Source: Marsupella aquatica
Lineage: Eukaryota > Plantae > Marchantiophyta
Assembly: GCA_973895155.1 (NCBI GenBank)
Contig: OZ316893.1
Span: 11,165,660-11,229,659, forward strand
Direction of reading: 5' to 3'
DNA length: 64,000 nucleotides
Numbering within the stretch: position 1 is the stretch's first letter; every line of letters starts with the position of its first letter. The position numbers and the translations under genes are program-made. The notes under the pieces were generated by a model, which saw only the letters and a program-made list of their open reading frames with translations, was not told where the DNA came from and did not search any database. Below, piece by piece: positions 1 to 13,900 of this stretch.

Positions 1-39
1 TCATCTTTCGATGAGGATAAGGAAGACCAGCGAGGCCTT

Positions 40-175
40 ATCAAGACAATAGATATTGTTTGTGGAGGCCTCATCATAGACAATAATAGATATTGCTTTC
101 GTCCTCAGGTTTTATGAAGGCCTCATCATAGACGATAATAGATATTGTTTTCGTACTCAGGTTTTGTGGAGGTCG
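40..175. repeat. short tandem repeat (~50-bp unit, 2-3 copies)
   Basis: aggcctcatcatagac(a/g)ataatagatattg...tcgt(c/a)ctcaggtttt is repeated head to tail. Confidence 0.7.
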
Positions 176-766
176 TATCAACAGCAGGAGTACAAGTGAC
201 CCTAAAAACTAGTCGTGTTACAAGTTAAGTTTCCTCCGACATTTTCGCCTCCCCTTCCTCTGGACCGAAACGCGTTTTATAGAATCATTCGCTCGAGACC
301 GGATCCGATGGTTGTGGAAGGTAGCCTACCCCAAAATATGCCGGATTCTTTTCGGATACTTGAGAACGTACACAGAGCGTCCATATATTCCGCCTGTTGT
401 TTAAGCAATGATGTTGGCAAATTTTACTAGTACAAGATCATTCCTTACTTTACATTGCCAGTGCCCTGCAGATGCGAGATTAGAATTCTGGTATGTTCCG
501 TCCTTCAAGGTCCACCTGGGTAAGGGACTCGTGCGGAGTTCTTAAGAATAGTGGTGCCGTTCTGCAGCCTTTCGAAGTCCAATGCAATCTACCCTTTCAG
601 CTGGAGCTAGAAGATAGGCTAGGATCGATCACAACGACAATCACGTACTGGAGCGGCGATATGCCCTCGATCCATCCGTCCCGATTTGGATGAATCACAT
701 GTCAATTCTCCTTGCCTGGTCCAGCGAGAGGTAGAAGCACTGGTCGCTGGCCGCATTTAGTCAGCT

Positions 767-909
767 GATACTATTGTGGCGAACGACCAGATATGGCCAT
801 ATCTTCCCGTTCACGATAATAGTGTGAATATCCACGAACATCAGATATTCACACTATTCTGGTGAACGACCACATATGGCCACATCTTCCCGTTCACCAC
901 AATAGTGTC
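767..909. repeat. foldback made of two tandem quasi-palindromic units
   Basis: Outer arms gatactattgtggcgaacg / cgttcaccacaatagtgtc and inner arms aatagtgtgaatatc / gatattcacactatt are reverse complements. The unit actatt..gaacgacca.atatggcca.atcttcccgttcac..aatagtgt occurs twice. Confidence 0.7.
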
Positions 910-1164
910 ACGAAAGTATCCAGGGCACCAACGGGCCGGGATCGATGAGAGCACCTGCATGGTCGCCTACTGCCGGTATCAATAGATCCATAACTGTCCA
1001 AAAACGGTTATCCTTAGCAACAGTATCATTTCTCGTTCCCCATTTGGCAACGGCACGGGCTCCTCTCCGGCACTTCCAAGGACGGTATAAGGTCCCGCAG
1101 CTGCAACATTCACCAAGTGTGTTCATGGTCCGATGGCCGACTGCACATACTGAAAGCTTACAAA

Positions 1165-2640
1165 ACCACTCAGGTCAGCCCAGTATTCCGCGGTCACCTC
1201 GACATTTTCTTCTTGCAACTCCGTCCCGCTATAATGATTGAATACTCTCGCATACTACCATCGGTTAGTTCCCCGCGCCTACATCCTTATCGCGCATAAT
1301 ATCGTTTTGGATGTATATATTATTCTGATCTAGACATGCAGCTGATTGAACGCCTTAGCGCACTGTGAAGCCCAGATGAGTGCTTTTCAGTCCGGCTTAG
1401 GTTGTCAGATACCTTATGCTCCTATCTAATATCATAATCATGTTGTTTCATATATCATGTATGCGTAGCAGACCTTTCATCGGCATCTTCCGCCTACAAC
1501 AGTCGATCGATGCATTTGGAACGTACCACGTACAAGGAGGGCGGCACGAGTACCGTTAATAGCACAACGCAGCGTACCCACGTCCAATCAGATGGAGCAA
1601 TCAAATGGAAGACAACGAGCATGTACTTCTTGTAGATAGCACTCTGAAAGAAAGCAAATCCAGCAAATCCATCTTTCAGAGTGCTATATACAGGAAACAC
1701 ATGGTCATCGCCTTCTATTAGATATTTCCATCTGACGTACTACGTAAGTGGGTACGTTGCATTCTGCTATACGTCAACGCTGGTCCTGGTACTCGTGCAT
1801 CAACGCTGGTCCTGGTCCTCCTCGTGGTTCAACGCATACACTGTTGTTGGTGGCAGATCTCGATGGAAGGTCCGCTCCGCATAAATGATGAAACAGATGA
1901 TTCATCAGCTTAAGATATAAAGCTTCGAAATCAGATCTTCCACATGCAACAACACTAGTTGAATTCGGAAAAAACATTTCCAAATATCAGTAAATATCGG
2001 ACAAGTTAAGCTTGCGTTAGCTTCAAGAGGTAAGGTGACAAAATATAGATAAGTAGAAACGGTACCCGATGAGTCTATGAATATCAATGGTATGGAAGGT
2101 CTGACAGTTCGTGCTTTATTAATCAGCTCAAAGCCTGAACTACATATGAAAGACGCATATCACTCGTAGGAGAGTCCGGGAATCCCAGACTATGAATCAG
2201 CTATCAGATCTAATCCGATAGATTACATTATCAATAGCTAGCGAGGGCTGGTAGAATTTGGGAGACATAGAAGTGGATAACTATGTCTACTAACGTGTTG
2301 ACGGGTCTCCTTTGATCGTTGTGATAGCAATAATTTGTAGCGAGTGAATTTCAGTTCGATATACCGAAGATACCCCTAATTAAACTATCTGTACGCATAG
2401 TGGATTCAACAACCGGCCGGACTTAAATGCACTTAATATCTGAGCTAAACAGCGAAGGAGTTCAATCAGCTGCCCCGAGCAGAAATTGATACAGCCAAAA
2501 CGAATGCGCGATAAAGAACTAGGCGTGGAGAACTAATCGACGGTACGTATTCGAGACTATTCAAGATAGCTGGACGGCATTGTAGGGAGAAAAAGTCGAG
2601 GTCACGGCGAAGTATGCGGCTGACACTGGGTTGTTCTGTA
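1165..2640. repeat. diverged inverted duplication (~1165-1300 vs ~2500-2640)
   Basis: The + frame FRGHLDIFFLQLRPAIMIEYSRILPSVSSPRLHPYRA aligns with the - frame LRRDLDFFSLQCRPAILNSLEYVPSISSPRLVLYRA; DNA similarity is visible by eye. Confidence 0.65.
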
Positions 2641-3419
2641 TATATGCTGTCCCGTACTTTCAAAGTGCTCGATCCAAAGTTGTTTGAATGTCCCGTACGT
2701 TGCAGTGCAGCACTATCTGTTCGGTAGGCTTCCTGCCGTTAGTCAGGACATAATGACAAAACTTCGTAACTAGCTTAGGTGGGTACGGGGCAGTGTCATG
2801 CATGGACTGGCATCACAATGGAACCATTGGACAGTATGGAATATTTTTTCATTGGTGATACTTGCAGCGGATGTTTGACATCCAAAGAAGATCCTTCGGC
2901 GGGATCAAGGGTAAGGAGAGCACGTACCTTCAATTATGGTGAGCATGTTCACAAACGTCGTCTACTAGCTTGCTCTGGACAACGATTCTGAGTGACCATC
3001 AATCGACAGAACGGGAGTCTTACTTTCACTGACAATTCAGTTGTTGTCTCGCTTGCCCAGATGATGTGGTACAGCAGCCCACCACTGTCGCAAGTGAGAA
3101 TGTGCTGAATTAAGGGAGGAGGATGAGACTCGTACCTATGAGCTTATCAAATCTGATCTGAAGAGATTCAAGGTGAACCTACATTTCTACCTGCATGCAA
3201 CATGTCTATTCATTTGAGATATTAAAGGAAATTGTGTGATATTATTCACTTGAAGCAGAAATTAAGAAAGACAGAGCTAGTGGCATTAACAGCAATTTAG
3301 GAGGCAGCAAACAAATCAGAGCGAGAAAATCCCTTGGCGTTCCCAAACGGGGAACCCGATCCTCTTACTCATACCGTCTCTGATTTGTTTGTTCGAAATC
3401 TGCGCTACTGCCTGTGTCT

Positions 3420-5880
3420 CCTTTTCTGCCTCAAGTGCCAAGTCCATCGATCTGTGGAGTTTACTGCCAACAAGGTGGCCGGAGGAGCGTCACTAATTAA
3501 GAGTCCCACAAGCAGCAAGCTTGACGCTCCCTGTAACCCGGCGTGCTTCGTCGCTGAAAAGGTGTGTAGCTTCCAGATTGCGAGTTTCTATAAATGATTG
3601 ACAACAACACCCGAACTTAGATCGAGTAGCGATGCTAGTTTCATAGTTTTAACAAATGACGTTTACAATAGAAAGTAGCACCAATCTGAACCTGAGAGAA
3701 TGTTAGTTGCTGAAGATTATGTGACCAGCACCTTTAGATAAGTAATATCAACGCCAGACTGTTATAGATGAAATCGAACACGCTTCACGAGAGAGCTATT
3801 GCATTCGTGGAAACTGATTGTATGTACACATGTCTGTGTCGTTTTAAGTGAGAGCCAGTCAAGACAGCCATTAATCAATTGATCAACTGGATCCCTTCTG
3901 TCGGGTGACAACGAGAGTCCTCGATAGTTGTCTTTACAATCTGCTCTGTACGTGGTTTGCAAAGTGTTGCCTACATTTGGAGAATAGATGCGACGGCAGT
4001 TAGCATTCTTTAAAATTTCACAAGTTATCAATCATTCACAGTGAGGCCGCAGGATCTACTACTTCTAAGTACTTAGAGGTGATTGAACTGGAATCGAAAT
4101 GTTTGTAATGAATAGAATGACGTCATATTATTTTTGTGTTCCCAACGCGAAGTGATTCTCAAAGTTGCTCATTGAGAAAAGTTGCATTTGAGGAGGTCAT
4201 TTGTTGCGTGGACTCAGAGTTGTTTTATGATAATATAAACTTATAATCCAATTGGATTATTGTGGTCTGTTGAAGCTTTCGTTACAAGTTTGATCCAACA
4301 TTTAGCCGGGGGTCCGCATGAGCCAGAAGGTGTAAAATGTGGAACTGACTGCCACAGTTCATAGAAGTTGCCAGCGACCAGGTGAGGTCCATCCCGGCTT
4401 AGTTTTCGGCTTTATATATTTGCATCATACTTCTTGACTTTAATAATTCTTGTAAGCAAAGAAAGAGTACTTCTTGAATCTAATAATTGTTGTGAAGCGA
4501 AGAAAGAGTAGAAAACGGAGAGAAGAACATTCACTTGTTGATAGTGCATGGACTGGACTCGGGAATGACTCTGGAATCGACGCAGAGTCGAGCGAGGAAA
4601 GAAGAGAAATAAAGCAAGAGGGAGTCGGGGGGCAAGGCAAAGAAAATAAATCAAAGAGAAGGGAGAGAAATCAACCTCACTGGGATGTCGATATACTTCA
4701 TTTGATTGGTTGGATAATCTCGTGCAAAATGCCAAGTGTAGATATTGAGTCCGACAATAGACCACGTCAGGGAAAAACTAATGAATGGAATGTTCCGATT
4801 CAATGAGCTCTTAGTTCTAGTAATATTACCTCAGTGGCATGCCAGCCTTACATTAAGCAAGATATTAGGGACATTTAAGTTGAAACTGCACCATCAATCA
4901 TCAATTGAATATTAATTAATTATCAACAAGGATTCTGCACCGGCCAGCCAGTTCACCAATTCGAGCAAAGCACCGGATTCGCTTAGGAATTGAAGATGTG
5001 GAGCTTCCGCTTGAATTGGTGGTGTGCGGACTAACTGACCATTGAATTGCAGATTGCTCACTTGGGATTTTGCACTGGAGGATTGCCCAGTGAGCCATCT
5101 GCAACGGCCGGCCAGTTCTTCCACGGTCACCAATTCGAGCGGAAGCTCCAGAAGCTCCCGCGTCTACGTACTACAGCCACATGTTCCCTCGACTTTGCTG
5201 GCAGTTAACTTCACAGATGGAGGGACGTTCACATACGGAAGAGTACGTCCCAGAGGATCCATGAACTTCTCCAAGATTGGAGACCGGGTGTCACGAAAGC
5301 ACACCTATCCGGTTACTGATACGGCTGATTGGAAGCTGCTTTCACTTGAACTAGTGTTCTTTCTGCCTCAAGTGCTCAGTGTCTCCCGAAGTCCCTCCGT
5401 CGGTTGAGTTTACTGCCAGCAAAGTGGAGGAGCGTCACTAAGTCCCGGCCACAAAAAAGTAGCACCAATCTGAACCTAAGCAAAAGGAGTTGCTCAACAT
5501 TATGTCACCAGCACCATATAATACACCTAATCATCACCGCCAGACTGAGATAGATAACATCGAACACACTTCACGTGAGAGCCATGGCATATATCCGGAT
5601 CTTCAAATCCAGAGTACTGCTTGAATCTGGATTGGCTCCGGAGTTGAAGATCTGGAGCTGGATTGGCTCCGGAATTGAAGATCTGGAGCTTCCGCTTAAA
5701 TTGGCCTGTGGTGTGCGTACGAACTGGCCCTTGCATCCTGCTCACTTGGGATTCTACGAGGGTTGCCAAGTGAGCAGTCTGCAACAGCCAGCCAGTACGT
5801 ACATTCTCCCAGCCCAATTCCGCCAACCAGTACGTTCTCCTACCACCAATTCTCCGCAAGCTCCGCAAGCTCCTGCATCT
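3420..5880 (+). repeat. mosaic of diverged direct duplications (3420-3510 ~ 5360-5445; 3672-3800 ~ 5456-5585; 4990-5160 ~ 5675-5880)
   Basis: Shared strings include ttctgcctcaagtgc, gagtttactgcca, ggaggagcgtcacta, aaagtagcaccaatctgaacct, ggagcttccgctt, gctcacttgggatt and ctgcaac.gcc.gccagt. No recognisable protein family. Confidence 0.65.
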
Positions 5881-8210
5881 AGTACTGCGACTAATTGTTC
5901 CCTCAACTTCAGATTCTCGACATCAGGCACACCGATCCCGTTACTGATGTCGGCGGATTGAGGTTAGGATTTCAGCCATGCATGAATGACTAGATTTAGG
6001 AAAATCAATGATCATCTATCACTTAATTTCCAAGTCATAGATCAACCTGTTTTTCTCCAGATTTTGTTATCCAAGCAAAGTAATTATAAAGTTTTGACAA
6101 AGGCATGAAGATCGAGAGTGACCTCCGAAGTCCAACCCCAAAAAGCATAGAAACTAACAAATTTCTCTAAAAGTAGCTTGACCAGGTAGTGCACATTTCA
6201 AGCAAACCAAATTTGCTTTTCTTCTTTTGCCTTCAAAGAGTTTGAATGTCAATAAATAAATATTCCAGGAGGGCAGCACAAGTTTGATTGTGGTGCCTTT
6301 CTCATTCCCTTCAGGATAAAATCACACACTTTTATCTGCAAAACAAAAGCACACAGGTACAAACAAAAGTGTCGCAAGGATCCACCTCCATGACATTTGA
6401 CACTGAATGCGTCATAGAGATAAGTTAGGAGACACAAGCACTGCAGATTCCAAGGACCTCAAATGTTGAATCTGACATTGTCTGTAAGCCTTGCAAACAT
6501 TTCAGTCCGCTAGGCTACGACACATTGTTTTGAAACCAATTAGCAGACGCCTGATTGAGAGATTAATGTTTTTTATCACTTACCTCAACCTTGTCAACAG
6601 GAGGTGGCTCGGCCAAGCTTCTGCACGTTTGGCCATCTTCTCTTCCTCAGGTAACTACTTGTACACTTCCACAAAGCCCAGAAGCTGCCCAAGAATTTAG
6701 ACACAATTATCTATTACCTTATGTGACACATCAAAGCAAATCAGAAGTTGTTGCGCCCAATCATACTCTGTAATTTGTCACCTCAAGTTGAACCAATTTG
6801 TTTCTTCCAAATGCATGTCCACAAAGCAGAAACCATTGAGCACTAACTTTTGTATATTAATATGGAGAGTATACTAGCAACCATAGATCACAACTCATCC
6901 AAAAACTTATTTTCTTTCACCCCTATTTTTATCATTTTCTTTGTTTACTTGAAATGTTACTTTCTAGTAGTGTCCATTGTTTTTACAGGGTCTAATTGTT
7001 TTTCTTTGCCTTGCCTCAAACACAAACAATCAAATTTGGTTCTTCTTGTTCTTGTTTAATATGACAAATCATGTTGATGTGGCTGCATGCGCGTGCATCC
7101 TGGAATTTTGAAAAGAACTTCCCATGGGGGTCCGTACCCTTCCTGTGATCACGCATGGATTTTTGGCATGGATTTTTGGCATGGTTTTGGGGCTAGTAAG
7201 CTTAGGTTAAATATTAAGGACAAGCACATACTCTCACAAGGCCCCAAATCTGGTAGCGAGTCTGGTAGTAACTTAGTGATGATTTATAATTATATATAGA
7301 GAGATAAAGAAAATTAGGTCTAGATTTTTCAAAAAAATTGGTAGTTTTAAGAAATTGATCTCATAACCAAGGCCGGAGGAGAGGGGTGTTGGGCGGTGGT
7401 GAAATTTGGTCCAAGGATAACAATAGAGACATTGAGGGGTACAAGGAAGCCAAGGTGTGAGCATCCTGGTGGGTGGGGCTGACCGGAGGCTCCACACTAG
7501 GAGCAAAAAAAATAGAGAAAACGCTGAAATTTAAAGCAGACTTTGCTGCACTAGTGCTACTCCACTAGTGCTACTCCAAACATGGTCATGTTTGGATTTT
7601 GAAGCCCTTGATAATCCCCATGCAAAACCAAGGTCTACTGGTCAATTTCAATTTTGTACAAAACAACATACTCGTGGAAATGTAAGTTTATGACCTAGTA
7701 AATATAGACTTTTCTTGGGAGCCCATCGCAAAGCATGAGGTTGGCCATTCCTAAATTGGTCATCGCAGAGAAAGGAGCTGGCCATCATGGAGGGAGGATA
7801 TGTCCATTGGTGGGCAGGCCATCCATACGGATGTTGACTATATATTCGGAGGTCAATATCTTGACATCTTAGAATCAAAAGATTATAGGCTTGTCGGAAA
7901 GAGCTGAATGCAAAAAGGTATGGCAGGTGCACACTCCAAACGGACTGAGTCTAAATGAGTAAGATACAGGCCAGATCAATTTTGTGAAAATTTGAGTTTC
8001 ATCATCTTACAAACATCCATACAGTGACCAGGTGAGTGACCACCAACCAACCCCGGCATGCAGCCATGGCTGTGGCCTCCCCTGCTATAATTTCTTTGGG
8101 GGGCAGTCATGGCCATATGGACAAAATATGGGACGGTGATGATGATTGAGGTAAAACTTGAGACTCCGTAAGCCATATCTTGGTCATTTGAAGTCAGTTT
8201 TGGGAGCCAT

Positions 8211-11200
8211 TGTTGGATGCCAAATTAGGTAATAATGGTTTAAAAACAAAGTAACTGTGGTTAGAAGTAATCACAGGTAGAAGTAAACGTAGGTATAGAG
8301 TGAGGAAAAATGCATGTTGGGTAGTAGAATGATGAAACAACTGGGTAGTGAGTGTCGGGATAGATTAGATAAGATTAAGATAGGTTACAAAATTCGTGAG
8401 GTGAACGAGTAGCTTAAATACCTAGAATGCAAAATTAAGAAATAGTCTCTTTAGAAGAATTATAGAAAAGTCTTAGGATAGATGTAGACCCAGGAACTTA
8501 AAAATTAGTTAGACTTATATGTAAGGAACTCAACCGCCAAATTGTAGCTTAAACGGAGATTGGAGCATCAATGGAGTGAGGTGTTATGAAATATGAGGTT
8601 TCTTTACTAGTATATTAAAATGGAATACCGTAGAAGTGAGTTATAGGTTTCGAGTACCAGAAAGAAGTGTTAGGGGAGTTAGCAGGGAAGGCCAGGTGTC
8701 ATCACATGAGCCCTTCTAATAAGGACACAAAATACAAGAAGCAATTACGTAACTTGTGAAGGAAAGACAACAATTTCAAGCAACAATTCAAACAAGGAGA
8801 TTAGCTGGTGGCATTGAAGGAGAAGATAAATTTATGGTGCTCAAAGGAGCTCTGGAGATAGGGAAATTTCAGCTTCCTTGGAGCTATCGATGCATCTGCT
8901 ACATTCAGAGTCCTTGTATGCTGCTGAATTGAGATTGTTGAGTGTGCTGTTGAAAGGTTGCTGCTGCCGTTGCTAAGTTGAAAGACGCTACTGAAGGAGG
9001 ACGCTACTAAAGGAGGACATTGGAGCTAGGAGGTTATGCTGAAGCAGTGTCATCGTGCTACTTCTTTCTTGTTGCACTATTGGAAAGAAGCAGCTATGCT
9101 ACTGAACCTTAATAGAGCAACTGACATTGAGTCAGATGGAGCTGCTGAGCTTCGCAATGTACTGACATTGAGATGGAGCTGAGTTGCTAAAAGGGAGAGT
9201 GCTCCTGAATAAAAGCGTTGCTAATAAGTTGATCTCCTGAATAAAAGCGTTGCGTTGATAATTAAGTTGTTGAATTGAAAAGCAGCTGCGCTGTTGAATG
9301 GAGATTTGTTAAATTGATGAAGATGTTGAGCTTTGCAGCTGCAATTGAGTAAGAGTTGCGCTGCTGGAGAGGTCGTTGCTGAAGGAAAAAAGAAATAGAA
9401 AAAAGAAGAAGCATCGAGTTGCCTTGTGCAACTGCAAGCAACATTGCACTTCTTTGTGTTGCGGCAATCTTGCCGCTTCGCGCAACATCGGGCTGCTGCT
9501 GTGTGTGCTGCTTTGTGGAGCCAGCAACGCTGCAAAATAATGATGGTGAGGAAGAGGGTGGCGACATTGCACTTCTTTGTGTTGCGGCAATCTTGCCACT
9601 TTGCACAACATCGGGCTGTTGTTGTGTGTGCTGCTTTGTGCAGCTAGCAGCGCTGCAAAATACTGATGGCGAGGAAGAGGGCAGCAACCGGGTTTGAACA
9701 CGCAGCCTGCTGCTTGCTAAGGGATTCGAGTGGGTTACCAGGGAAGCACTCCTGGCTCTTTGTTTAAGGAGCTCCCAACAACTATACTCTCGCTGCAACA
9801 TCCATTCCGGGCCAGTTGGAGTACTTTGAGGCCAATTTGAGGCCGAGTGAGAGGCCAGGGCGAGTAGGGGAGGACCCAGCAAGGGTATCTCAGCTCCGTT
9901 GAGGCCCGAGAGACTGTTTTGAATGTAATTGAAATAGGTTCATGAGTAAGTTTTTGTTGGCCTAGCTTAAAAGTGCCTTTTGTAATAAGAGTCGGACTAG
10001 TATGAAGCCCGACACTTGGTGGATACTATTGGGAGATGAGAATCAGTTATAGTATTTCTGGTTAGTTGGGTTAGAAGTCATTGACTTTAGTTTACAAATG
10101 TCTATAAACTCAGTTGTATCACCAAAGGTTTGCCAAGGTTTGTTCTAGCGGAAGTACTCTCCGGATAGGTCTAAAATTGTGGAAATGGCAACCTGTACTC
10201 CTGTGGTAACCCGAGTCTAAGTGGCAAAACCCAAGACTCAACACTAACCTGGAACTCAGGGGCGTACCGACACTCAGTTGTAGGCCAAACTTAGAGTGTT
10301 TTCCGTCAGAAATATTGTTTATGGATAGTTTGTAACTCAGGTGGTTGTAAGAGTTACCAAGGGGTACCCAGCTGATTACTCATGTCACCAAGGGGTTGCC
10401 TCTATTTGTGTCCTGTGTAAAAACCAGATTGCTGGTAGTAGTTGATCCAGTTTTAACCTGTGGCTGGATCAACCAGGGTTAAGGTTTTAATGGGTCTAGA
10501 TAGTTACACTTGGGTTGAATTTCCAAGTGGCCACTAACCTGATCGAGTTGGCACCCTAGGCTTGGTGTGGTTTGGTTTGGCTTGGCTTGGTTTGGAGCCC
10601 TAGAGTGGTTCTGTGTGTGAAATGAAGAGGAGAAGCAAGGGGCTGACTCCTGACTTGTTTATTTGTAAACTCTCTTGTAGGTTGAAAGCTTGGGTGCCGA
10701 GGCTCTCACTCGGAGGGCAACAGCATTGGCTTAGCGCACTAAGGAGGGTGGACAGAGAACTAGTCCACTAGGTAAGCAACAAGGAGAGAGTCAACTCAAG
10801 GGATGTGTTATGATCTGAACTTTTATTATTTCCTGTAGTAAAGGCTTATGTGTAAGTCTCCACCTTGGAGCTACTATCTAGTGAACATGTGAGTCCAGTG
10901 AGCATGTATGCATACTCAGGCGTGACTTGACACAATCTGAGACGTGAAGCTTGAGAGTTGTGGGTGAGAGAGGAATTGTGCACTTGCCTTGTGATAGGAA
11001 GTGACATTACTGAAGCTCTTGGTGAAGGAAGCAAAGGAAACGTTTGGGGTGCCAGTCATGTTGGGAGTCTATGGAGACAGCTTGTGGGTGGGCACTTGTC
11101 GTGTTGAGATCGAGAGTGGGCTTGTGTGAGTGTTTTCCGGTAGGAGAGCGGAGGTCCGGAGTGATAACCACCTTTCAAAGTTATTTTTCCAATGGTGGAA

Positions 11201-11367
11201 ATAAAACTACCTAGTTGGGTGTGTGAGTGAAAAAGAAGGGACTTAGACAGAAAGAGACCTCCTGTTCTGCTATTTGCCCGTCCTAGGAACCCGGACAAGA
11301 TAAGAAGGGGCGTAGGTGATGAAGATAACTCTAGTGGAGAGTTAAGCCCCATTGCAAGGTGTTGACA
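8211..11367. mobile_element. solo LTR (or non-autonomous LTR-retrotransposon remnant), ~3.16 kb
   Basis: Begins TGTTG and ends TGACA, flanked by a 5-bp direct repeat GCCAT (8206-8210 and 11368-11372). No gag/pol ORF. Contains a ~118-bp tandem duplication (~9440-9680) and a (ttggy)n microsatellite (~10560-10595). Confidence 0.75.
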
Positions 11368-13759
11368 GCCATTTTTGGGGTTGCGATCAGGATAGCGGTG
11401 GCCATCTAACAAATTTCTCAGGACTAGATGCTGAGGAACTTCTACTTTCAAAAATTCTCATGATCAGGGTAGTGACAGGCAGAGGCAGCCACGTAGTAGG
11501 AAGGCAGGCAATGGAGTAGATAGGAATATGTTAGTCCAGGTTTCACTTAGCTCGCTAACCTACTAGTGGCACATGGATGCACTGCTAACCCTATTGCTAC
11601 CTATAGGCGGCCAACGGTGCCTTTGTTGGCCACCACTACAAGGGTGGCAACTGGCCAGGTTAGTGGCCACGCACACCCTTGGAATGCTTGTGTGCTTATG
11701 TGTTGATTTTTGGATATTTAAATGGCAGCCCCTGGTAGGAGCAGGAGTGTTTAATTGTCAACCACATGTGCAATTGTTCACGGAGGTGAGAGGAAGGAGT
11801 AGGGCATACTATCTGTTGTTGCCCACTTTATAATTTGGGAAGCTTGTTAAGTGCTTGGGTAAATATTCAGTCAATTTTGTACAAACTTTATACAATTCTG
11901 ACCATATCCATTTTGATCCATTTTATGCCAAAATTATAACAGCACCGCCCAGAAACCTAAATTTGCAAACATGCACTTTATGCAAGAAAAAAATTGCAAC
12001 TAAGAATAGCATTGAAAAACAAATCCTGAGAGCCCAGTTGAAAAGCCTTCAAGCTTCACATTAACTTGAAAAAACTTATCCCAGACAAATGAAGGAAAAA
12101 TAAAATTTGAAGGACACCTAAAAGAAGTTACTGAATTTACTCAATTGAAATGAATGCATTTGAGAGATTGAGAGATATAGGAAAAAAAGTAATGCACAGT
12201 GTTCTCTGTTCTGATGATTGCAACTCATTGTTTTGAGGTATCAAGTGGTCTTCTTTCACGAGTCCAATATGTTGGTGCATTTTTTGTTATTGTACTTTTG
12301 GCAATAAGTGTGCATCAGAAATTAAACAAAAAAACAGGATTGCCCAGAAAACTTGCATTGGTGTAGGGATGGCCCACAACCAAGGTGACACGAAAGTGCT
12401 ACTGAAAACCATCTACATGGAAGGTGTCCCATGCATTAGAGTTTACATTGGTCAATCTCCTTACAGGCATGATGCGGATACCCACAGGAACAATTGTGAG
12501 GACATTTCATGGGCATGGGCAGCCTATACAAGTGCCGAGAGTAAGACTATCGCTGCTCTAAACTCCTGATTACACCATGTCAAAGGATTAAACCATGTGG
12601 TGTGCCTGCGAAACTTTACACTCAGTGTAAAGCTGCTGATACTCGAGAACCCTGACAGTTTTGCAGGGTTCAGGTTTTTCTGGCAAAATTCTTGCAAAAT
12701 TCCCTGGTTAGGAGGATCAGGGCTACAATGCAGTCAACATTATTTAGTTCCAATAGAGATCCGCAAGTTAGAAAGAAATACTAATACAATCCAATAACAT
12801 GATCAAGCAGTACTAAATGAAATGTAGAGGTTTATTGCTACACATTCAAACACCCAGAATTTTACTGCACTTTGTGCAGCACTTGTAGCACAAAGTTTAC
12901 ATGACAAAATGAGAAAGCAAAATTTGGCAAATAGTCACCACATCGAGGACCTTCCATTCACAAGATAATGCAAATTTTTGTACATGATGTTTTTACTTTC
13001 ATACCAAATTTGAGGGAACAAGGCAAGAAGAACTCACCCATGCAGTGAGTCTCTTTCACACAAAGCTAGTAAAAGGTGCTCCTAAACCCTCTTTAGACAG
13101 ACCAATTGCCTCACTTTGCAATAAATTCCACGACAGTTCACTCATGTGCAATGCATAGCTGGGTGTTGTTGCACCCACAATCATTCGGATACAAAGACAA
13201 CTCTAAACCCTGCAATTTGCCTCGATAACCTGAGTTCTCATTTTTGTGGTGTATAATGTTGCACCAATGACAACATGCACAGAAGACCACAAGGACAGTC
13301 ATGCAATGCACGTTCATTGGGCTATCAAACACTACAACATGCATTGAGTCATGCCTTTTCAGGGCATTTTCTGTTTACAAAGCCCCAAGATGGAGGGAAT
13401 GGAAATTAAGTGGTCATCGATCCTCTGAAAAAACACCATCCTGGCAACCCTCTTTGCCTCTCCATGCATGCACCGTCTACCTTGCCCATTTGTACTTCTG
13501 CAACTAACAATGGGGCCACGATGCACCCGCAAATCTACAAAGTGTCAAGCAAGTTTGACCAAAAAATTGTATGATGAAATGTTATTTATTGAACATGAAT
13601 AAACACTGCATGTGGTGTATTATCTTCAATTTATGATCCTGGTGATGGTCTTCTTTGCATTATTTACTTCCTTTGTAGAGCCTTCTGGCTCTCATAATGA
13701 ATATTTGCATCATATGACCAAGGCATTGGACAATATGTCCTCATCCAATTATGTATCTA

Positions 13760-13900
13760 TAGCTTTTAAGTACATTGCGACTAAAGATGTTTGAATTTAC
13801 AATACTGCCACTAGTTTTTCGTATTTACAAATATACATAAAAAATTAGTGGCAATATTGTGAATTAAAACATCTTTAGTGGCAAAGTAATTAAAAGTTGT
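13760..13900. repeat. long inverted repeat / hairpin (~58-bp stem)
   Basis: The left arm cttttaagtacattgcgactaaagatgtttgaatttacaatactgccactagttttt pairs with the right arm aaaaattagtggcaatattgtgaattaaaacatctttagtggcaaagtaattaaaag. Confidence 0.8.

Noticed and set aside
4412-4806. Overlapping ~110-aa ORFs on both strands
   Set aside because: Purine-rich low-complexity sequence; no family evidence.
9221-9882. Several overlapping 100-200 aa ORFs
   Set aside because: They arise from low-complexity gct/tgc-rich tandemly duplicated sequence inside the solo LTR; no gag/pol or other motifs.
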